A stretch of DNA of 58,250 bases, filler included, from Sphacelaria rigidula (taxonomy: Eukaryota), in the NCBI GenBank assembly GCA_964200075.2. It is 8 parts of 8 records of this genome, joined end to end, with 100 filler letters (N's around TTAATTAATTAA, not from the genome) between each part and the next. Parts side by side here need not be neighbours in the genome. Positions count along the whole stretch, not along the records: positions 51,058 to 58,250 come from CAXNAA020016030.1; 7 more parts are not named here. The stretch is one strand, 5' to 3'. The position numbers and the translations under genes are program-made. The notes under the pieces are model-generated. The model made no database searches and was not told where the DNA came from. It was given only the letters and a program-made list of their open reading frames with translations. Of this stretch, positions 50,958 to 58,250 are shown piece by piece. Every line of letters starts with the position of its first letter. Position 1 is the first letter of the stretch.

Positions 50958-51057
50958 NNNNNNNNNNNNNNNNNNNNNNNNNNNNNNNNNNNNNNNNNNN
51001 NTTAATTAATTAANNNNNNNNNNNNNNNNNNNNNNNNNNNNNNNNNNNNNNNNNNNN
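50958..51057. other. Artificial contig spacer
   Basis: N44-TTAATTAATTAA-N44. Confidence 0.98.
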
Positions 51058-51992
51058 CTTGCCTTAGTCGTTTGACCATTGACCACGCATCCCTTTCGGG
51101 ACGGAGCACCGCACAAGTACGAGGGGGGGGGCGTAAGGGGATGAGATGGTTACTGACGAAAACAGTCACCCATCCGAATACACCATGTTTTCGGCACTCA
51201 GTTGGTTGGCGGAACGTTCACTATGTGGAGCTGGCGACTACTACAAATGCGGTACTCTGAAAGACATACAGAGTTGTAGCTACCAAGTCGATTTGTGTGC
51301 AACGGCAGTCAGGGGTGTGCACTTGGTTCGAGGCGACAGCGTCACGACCGCCACAAACACATGAAACAAGAGCACGTAGATACCCGGAGCTAACAACTTA
51401 ATGGTCGGGATGAAACGGAGCCTTTGAAAAGCGTACCTCGACCGAATCTCCGGTACTTTCGGATGCCGGGCTATGTCAGCTAAACAGCGATGGTCGCACA
51501 GGTATTGGGGATTCAGCGTTAGCGACATGTCGTGGGCTAAAGACAGTGGCTCATATCAGGGAATAACGTCTGCGGTACACATGACACGAGGGTAAAATAA
51601 AAGTTGATTTACACGAGAACCTCCAGCCAAGGCATCACTCACTCAGATACACCCACGGTGAATACGACTGTGTCAGCCGGTAGTGCCACAGCGGCATCAT
51701 AGTGCCGACGTTCTCGTCTCTACGTTGGGGATCAAAAGGTGACGGCAGTCTACATGAAATCCCTCGCCAATCACATATATGTCTTTGCTGGGCCAACACC
51801 TCTAAAGTGTCGCAGTGTCTGGAGCGGTATCCAAACCGGCGTGTGGTCACTTGCGTAGGAATGGAGCTACGACACACGCATAGTGTGATGATAAGATTTC
51901 GCCCCGAAGTCGATCGACAAATTCACTCGTCGGCTTTACACAGGAAACTTCAGTGGTCTAGAAACGTCGGGGTCACGATAACACTGCCGCAC

Positions 51993-54900
51993 CTGAGGCT
52001 TTCCTGCGTCTTTATCAACACTTCATTCTCGGCCTTGAGCCTGCTGAGTTGCTCCAGACCCCCCATCTGGTGTTTGAACAGATCCACGCCACTCTCGTGT
52101 GCTCTCTCCTGTATGACACGATTTTTCTCCAGCAGTTGTTTGTCCCATTCCACTTTCGCCTGCTGCAGATCGAGCTCCGTTTTTGCCTGCTCCCGGCCAA
52201 CGAAAGTCACACGGAGATCCGGGAGGATTTCGGAGTTATGCTACGTCGACCGTTACTTTGATCGCGATATTCCGCTACACCTGCTCTAATCGGCGACATC
52301 ACATTCGATCTGGTTTTCGATTCTGTACTACCATCGGATCCTGATGTATAGATACAACGAAATACTGTCATTGAGCTGGAAGTGTACTTGGAAATATATA
52401 TATATATATATGTATACGGGGAAGCCGCTGTTCCCACAAAGACAGGCGAAGCGTTTGTTCATAATGGGATGCAGCGCCAACTTCATGGCCGCTGTGCACT
52501 GATGGGAGCAAGCCAATCTTTCTATCCCGACACCTGTCCGGCAAGACATGAGTACCCTAATCCTTTCTGCCTCCCTCCGAATCCATCATATGTCATCGAC
52601 AAGAGGATCATGAGTGAGATGGATCGCCGCACGTGGGTAGTAGAGAAGCTAATGGCCGGATAAGTAAACCTCGCTTCCCCATATCCGATATGTTGGGTCG
52701 CAAGAAAATGTGTACGCAAATGTCTTCTTCCGCCCTTGAGACAACCTGCAGCAGCTTCAGACGACCCTTTAACGTAGCAGAAAAGCAGTGAGATGAGAGG
52801 AATACGCCCCATCTCTGCTGCCCCCTCCCAAGCCGAGCTCGTTGCTTCATATACCAAAAACACCCGCCTTGGCGACTTGAAGGAGGTTCACTTTTTGATG
52901 TGCCTCATCCAGATCAATTCTGCGCGTTCGATCCTTGTCTTCGGATGCCTTGAGGTCCTGCTCCAACATACGACACTTCCCCGACAGGTCTTCTACCTGA
53001 CGTTCGAAGTCTTGCCGAACCTTGGAGGCCGTACGGGACAATACGGGTACACTGCGTCTGAACATGTTCCAGCGATTGAAGGGCGGTCGAAACGAGAAGT
53101 CGACAAGAAATGAACCTCCACACATGGAGTACAGTGCTGTTTCGGAGATACAGCGCAATGTTGGCTCAGGGGCCGTAAGAAGGGGAGATCAATGGCGATG
53201 AAACCACGCAACTACGGGACAACGCAAGATATTGATGCTTGTGTACTGAAGAACACGCAAATTGACAAGCAAAGAAGGCGATAGCCATCTTCGTCGGCAT
53301 GGTCGTGGGGTCACCCGGCACGACGCTGTGACAAAACACGAAAGCCGCGTTGTCAGTCATGCGAAGAGAAAGGTTAGTCCTACATCGACACTGACGCTGT
53401 CGAAGTATAAACGATACATTCCCCAGGAGGAGCGTTTTTCGCTGCGTTACTACCTCGTCCAAGTGCAGCTTCTGGTTGACGAGGGTCAACAATTCTGCGC
53501 CCATTTCGATGGTTTTGGCCTCTTCCACACCGAACCTCTCCTGCATCTCTTGCGCGTGCTTTTCAGCCTGCAGTAGCTTTTCCTGTGTAAGCGAACCACA
53601 CGAAACAAACAGTTTAACCGTTTCCGGCTCTTGAGTCGAAACAGGCAACTACGAGGGCCGTGTTGCAGTCACACAAATGATTCCAAGTCTACAGTGCTAA
53701 AACAAGGCCAGATCGCCTCCTGTGCGTTGCGAACTCACCAGGTGATGACGCAAACGCTGCTGGTGCCAATGCATTCTATTGTTAGTTGTCACATCATCCT
53801 TTCCCCGCCCGTGTCCGCTACGGAAATACATATATATATATACAAGCCGGACGGGACCCGGGGCTGCGCCCCGGTCCCGTTCGCCTTTTTCGAGGGTCTC
53901 GGTCTTCTTGCCTTGCCAAGCCCTCGTAAGAATAGGTCATCTCTCGAAATGTTCATGCCCGCCGCAAACATTGCACGACCACCGCGATCGCGCGTCCGTT
54001 CGAACGGTCGCGAACGCATGTGTACCCCCGCACAAAGTAAAGCACGAATCCGCTAACCGGACCCCTAACATTGGGATTGACCCGAGCAGTCATCTCCCGG
54101 GGCGGGTGCGGAGGAGCCTGCACACTAAGATCAGCATTGAATTTCGTGGATGCCTCGTTACAAAGTATGCTTCACGCTGGTGAGTTCGAAATATTCTATA
54201 TACATACCATATACCACTATAGATTTATTAAAACTATACCCCTAGAAAGTGCATTTGGTACATAATGCTTCGGCCACAGGCGCGAAGATTTCCGGGAACG
54301 CGAGTATATACGTGGGTCGCTCAGCGAAGGCATCTTCACGTTCTCCGAGAGCGCCTTGAGAACAAGCGAGGTTTTCACTCGTAAATAATGTCGTTAACTG
54401 GAGGGACGAGGGTCTCAAACAAAAGTCACTGGCGCCAGTTTCTTTCGAGATGAAAAACGATACAGACGCATACAATTTGCTCGACAATTTGGGGTAGAGC
54501 TGCTCGAGGTTGACTTGACTTGCGGGTGGCATGGAGCTACATCACTGCTGAGTGAGGGATGGTGGGGGGGGGGGGGGGGTAGAGAGGTATATGCGGCGAG
54601 CCTTGCGTTACCTTCGGTCCACGACCTCGTACCCTGTAGGATGTCTGCTGTGCCCGGGGTAATGGTTGAGCGCCCTAGAATCAAAACGACCCTGAACCGT
54701 TCGGTTGGCTCGTGGGTGGCATGGAACTATATACATGCCGAGTGAGGAATGGGGGAAGTCAGGGATACATGCCGCAAGCTCTGCGTTGCCTTCGACCCAC
54801 GACCTTGTACCCTGTAGGATGTCTGCTGTGCCCGGGGTAATGGCTGAGAGCCCTAGAATCAAAATGACGACCTTGACTCACTTCATCGAAAGCATGAACT

Positions 54901-57900
54901 GCAGTAGCAAGCAAATAACACTCCCCGACCTACTTTATCTATGGTACGAACTACAGCAGCAGGAGGCCGTGTACACCGTGAGCGTATCACACGCGGGGCA
55001 ACAGCCTCCGTGTGCGTCACGCGACACGTTGGTTCGCCGGCGCGCTAAGATGAAAGTTCGACCCGCGCGACACTTGATGTACGCAGTCGCGCCTGCAGCG
55101 AAACGCGCAGCAGGCGCTCTCCCGTCGATTGTCACTAGGGAAAGCTCTGAATCGGCGCCGCAAGCGCAAGGGATGAAGATCATACACAAATGGGAGACTG
55201 ACCTTGAGGAAACACGACCTGGTTCGACAAAAACCTGGCAGGCTTTATTCCGAGGGTTGGAGGGACGAAGGAGCACACGGCCTGAACTTCGCTAGGATCT
55301 TCTCCCCTCCGCCCAGCTAGCTATCCCCGTGTTTGAATCACACCTGCATAGCACCCCGGTCGTCGATGGCCGTGGCTGCCTCTCGTTCCTTCGCGGTGAG
55401 TCCTGCTTCTGTCTCTTGTAGTCTCATCTCCAAGTCTACCACCTCGTTCTTCGCCGCGAGGAGATCGGTCGTGAGAGCGTAGCGGTCAGATTCGACTTTC
55501 TCCAGCACATTGGAGTGCTCCAGTTTGAGGTCTAGGAGGGACCGCGCGACGTCTAGCTTTCCCTCTTCGGCAGTGATGAGCTCCCTGTTGTGTGTGGTGG
55601 ATGTGATGGCAGTTGTGAAAGAAATCGTGCCTCGATATGAATAGAGAGAGGGATACTCCACGAGGCCGAGATAACACGATGAAGACAGTAAAATCCACAC
55701 ATCTGGAGGCATGATACACGGTAGGGGCTGATGTGCGAACCAACTACTGGGTGCAGCGTGAATTACTCATATGTTCACCAACAGCGCTATTCCCGACCTA
55801 TGCGATGAAAACACACCACCGAAGGCACTACACCACAGGCCAGGGAGACACCAAGACGTAACCGCGGAATTGTAGAGAACTGAATGGCCGCGGCCTCAAG
55901 AGAGATACTCAACACGTTGGCTTGTCGTGCTGTGCGGGGAGGGCGTTGATGTTTCGTGGTACACCTGGTGTCAGATATTAGTGTGCAGTAAGATCTACGA
56001 CACCGAGTGTTGCGCCATCGTTGATTAGTCAAAAACTCTGGCACTGTGTCCGTCCAACCTCGCTAAAGCCCGCCTTAGTGCGGAACGTCACTGTACATGG
56101 TACTACGTTTATTTCTTCTCGCTTCGTTCCTATTTTTCTTGGTAGAATTTGCCTGAAAGTCACGTTGGAACCCGATTCAAAACGCCTCGCCACCTTTCAG
56201 CAGTATTTGATACATTTCCATTGTTGTCATCTCCACCTCATATAGGCACCATTCAAGCGCATCCCACAGCAGCGCTCCTTGCAAGCAGTGAATATATTCC
56301 GTCACCGTTCAGGGTGGGAGCCGATTTTACGACATTCTCGGTCGGTGACATCGACATCCCAGAAACAGAAGGATACTATTTGGAGGATGTCAGGCCGCCC
56401 CGGAGGAGGGCACACGACGCCAGGGTCAGCCTTTTACTCTAGCATCTGCATCACCATTGAAGTCGCGGTCTGTGAGGCACCCGTTGGAAAGGTACTTTAA
56501 CATATTTTTAGCCGCATCCCGAATAATTCGTTTTGCTGTTGTTGTGACGATGGACGCCCGATTTGAACTCACGACCTCTTGATCCCCTGGTGACACGGCT
56601 ATACCACGCAGGGCCGCTGAGATTCGTATTTTTCTATTTTGAAGGTACTTGTGTATTGGTAATTGTCCCCCTTCTGCAGTCATTCCCTGAGCTTCGGCTA
56701 CAAATTTGGGAAATACAAAGCCACAAGGTAGACGTCCAATACGTCCAAATGGAATCGAAGCCATCACGAGGAACCCCACCTGTGTCATACGTCTATCCGG
56801 TATTTACGTAGTGTTTGTGGGGCCTTCATTACTGTGGATGAATACCCACCACGCCTTCCGAGTACCCGGCTTTTTCTGCAGCAATATCGACGCTAGAATA
56901 TTAACGACTGACGGTAAGGCCTAGAATTTTTGTTAGATAGCTGACATCTGTCATTCTTTGTGACGACTTTGTTTACCGGATCCACTGTAGGTCATCATTG
57001 GAGGAGCATTTTCCTTCCTGTCCACGGGTGGAAGTCGGAGTTTGGGGCAGATATCCAATAAAAACATGCATGACCCAGAAAGGACTCCCTTCACATCGTC
57101 GTCGTGCCGGAGAAAATATCGTCACCGTTTACTGTGTGACAGCAAACTTACTGTACGCAAAGAGTGTTTTGCCCTCTACAGATGGTGGTGGTAAATCCCT
57201 TCCATAAGTTGTCTTCACATCGTATAATAGGGTTTACCCATAGCTCGCAAAAAAATCGTGCTGTAGTTACTGTCGAAACTGGGAAATCAACGAAAAAAGC
57301 AGAACGGCCCTTTGTTGTCTTAGGTGAGGGTCCTGTGAGGAACGTTTGATTGAAGGGGGTATATGAAAAAAAAACGCTCTCCACGTGTTTTGCTGGCCTG
57401 TGACCACGGGATGCGTCCGCATCAGATGCCCAGTACGAATGTACCGCGCAGAAATAGGAAAAGATTATAATCTGAAGAGAACAATAACAGCAANNNNNNN
57501 NNNGTACGAATGTACCGCGCAGATATCGGAACGGTTTTTAATGTGAAGACAACAACAACAGCAACAAGAGCAACAACGTGTTTTTGTCCTTGCAGTACAA
57601 CAAATACCAGATTTGGCTTTTTCGAGTCCACGAAACGCACAACGTCGTTCACCCGGGAACTAGTTGCGACATTTATCTTGGAGGATGAATCAATCAATAG
57701 ACGACTACTGTTACCATGATAGCCTACATCAGCCATTCTGTGGGGAAGCATGATTCGATGTGCTGTAGCGCACACGGCGACAGTCCCCAAAATCGGGTCT
57801 CTGCAAAATGGGCCAGAAGATTGAATATATTCCAAGAGCTGCTACGGTTTTGGGGACGGAAAATTGAACGAACTGCTTCCGTGCCTTCTCACCTGCACTG

Positions 57901-57963
57901 GACAGCTTTCGTCTCCACGAGCTTGACATACTTCGCCTTGAAGAGCTCCAGCATCTTGTACAC
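51993..57963 (-). CDS. CCDC78: CCDC78-like (DUF4472) coiled-coil protein, partial
   Basis: GT-AG exons 57963-57893, 55584-55344, 53582-53454, 53020-52892 (donor uncertain) and 52186-51993, with a possible extra exon near 52745. ELITAEEGKLDVARSLLDLKLEHSNVLEKVESDRYALTTDLLAAKNEVVDLEM and EMGAELLTLVN resemble the DUF4472 region of CCDC78. Confidence 0.7.
54522..54869. repeat. Tandem duplication of a ~160-170 bp unit (54522-54690, 54712-54869), intronic
   Basis: Shared core GTACCCTGTAGGATGTCTGCTGTGCCCGGGGTAATGG..CCCTAGAATCAAAA. Confidence 0.85.
56553..56620 (-). mobile_element. Degenerate tRNA-like head (SINE relic or tRNA pseudogene)
   Basis: Minus strand GGTCGTGAGTTCAAATC B-box/T-loop, with a weak upstream A box. 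Confidence 0.35.
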
Positions 57964-58250
57964 CTGCGTGAAAATGGGGAGATGGTAGAAAACAGAAAGC
58001 TCAACGAATTGACGACACCGCCGGTGAGACCTCGGACAACCCGTGCCAGAAAGGAGGGCACAAGAGCATCCCGTGGAGGAACCGGCAAAATTGATGCTTC
58101 ATCAGTCATCTTGGGGAGAGGGTAGAGAACCAAGGGTCGGACAAATAATGATTCGTCTAGCAATTACTTGGTTTTAGTATGATGAGTCGTCTCGTGACGA
58201 ATCAACCCCTAGGCTTGATTTTAGCGTTGCAACCCAGGTACACGCAGCCT

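Noticed and set aside
7196..51057. Regular ~7.29-kb spacing of a TTAATTAATTAA palindrome
   Set aside because: Assembly linker inside N runs, not biological.
50910..51100. Similar sequence on both sides of the last spacer, suggesting a real overlap
   Set aside because: The copies differ at several bases. Both contigs more likely break in the same repeat family.
57433..57523. Direct repeat GTACGAATGTACCGCGCAGA around a 10-N gap
   Set aside because: Likely a collapsed or misjoined tandem repeat at a scaffolding gap.
22992..57963. Apparent cluster of centriole-related genes (Sfi1-like and CCDC78-like)
   Set aside because: They sit on different contigs that were joined only by size order.

Overview
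Eukaryotic, intron-rich and transposon-rich DNA. A brown alga (Phaeophyceae) or similar stramenopile is my inference from gene and repeat style. The window is not one locus. It is eight unrelated contigs of 7195, 7195, 7194, 7194, 7193, 7193, 7193 and 7193 bp, sorted by size and joined by identical 100-bp spacers (N44-TTAATTAATTAA-N44), so adjacency across spacers means nothing. Host genes seen as partial exon chains: the 3' end of SAICAR synthase (apparent GC-AG last intron); a large IQ/Sfi1-repeat-like protein (10 exons); a DegT/DnrJ/EryC1/StrS-family PLP aminotransferase (3 exons); and a CCDC78/DUF4472-like coiled-coil protein (at least 5 exons). Other content: a degenerate U6 snRNA copy, a Ty3/Gypsy element lacking its RT core, Ty1/Copia remnants, a near-complete decayed RTE-type LINE, a tRNA-derived SINE family, many MITEs (piggyBac-, Harbinger-, hAT- and Tc1/mariner-like, several with visible TSDs) and microsatellites. 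I cannot support a new multi-gene system. The most unusual items are a 720-bp head-to-head palindrome with protein-like arms, a dispersed inverted-repeat element carrying TAACCC repeats, a 1.7-kb TIR element with directly repeated internal blocks, and the promoter-bearing U6 variant. Family assignments come from motif recognition by eye, not database searches.
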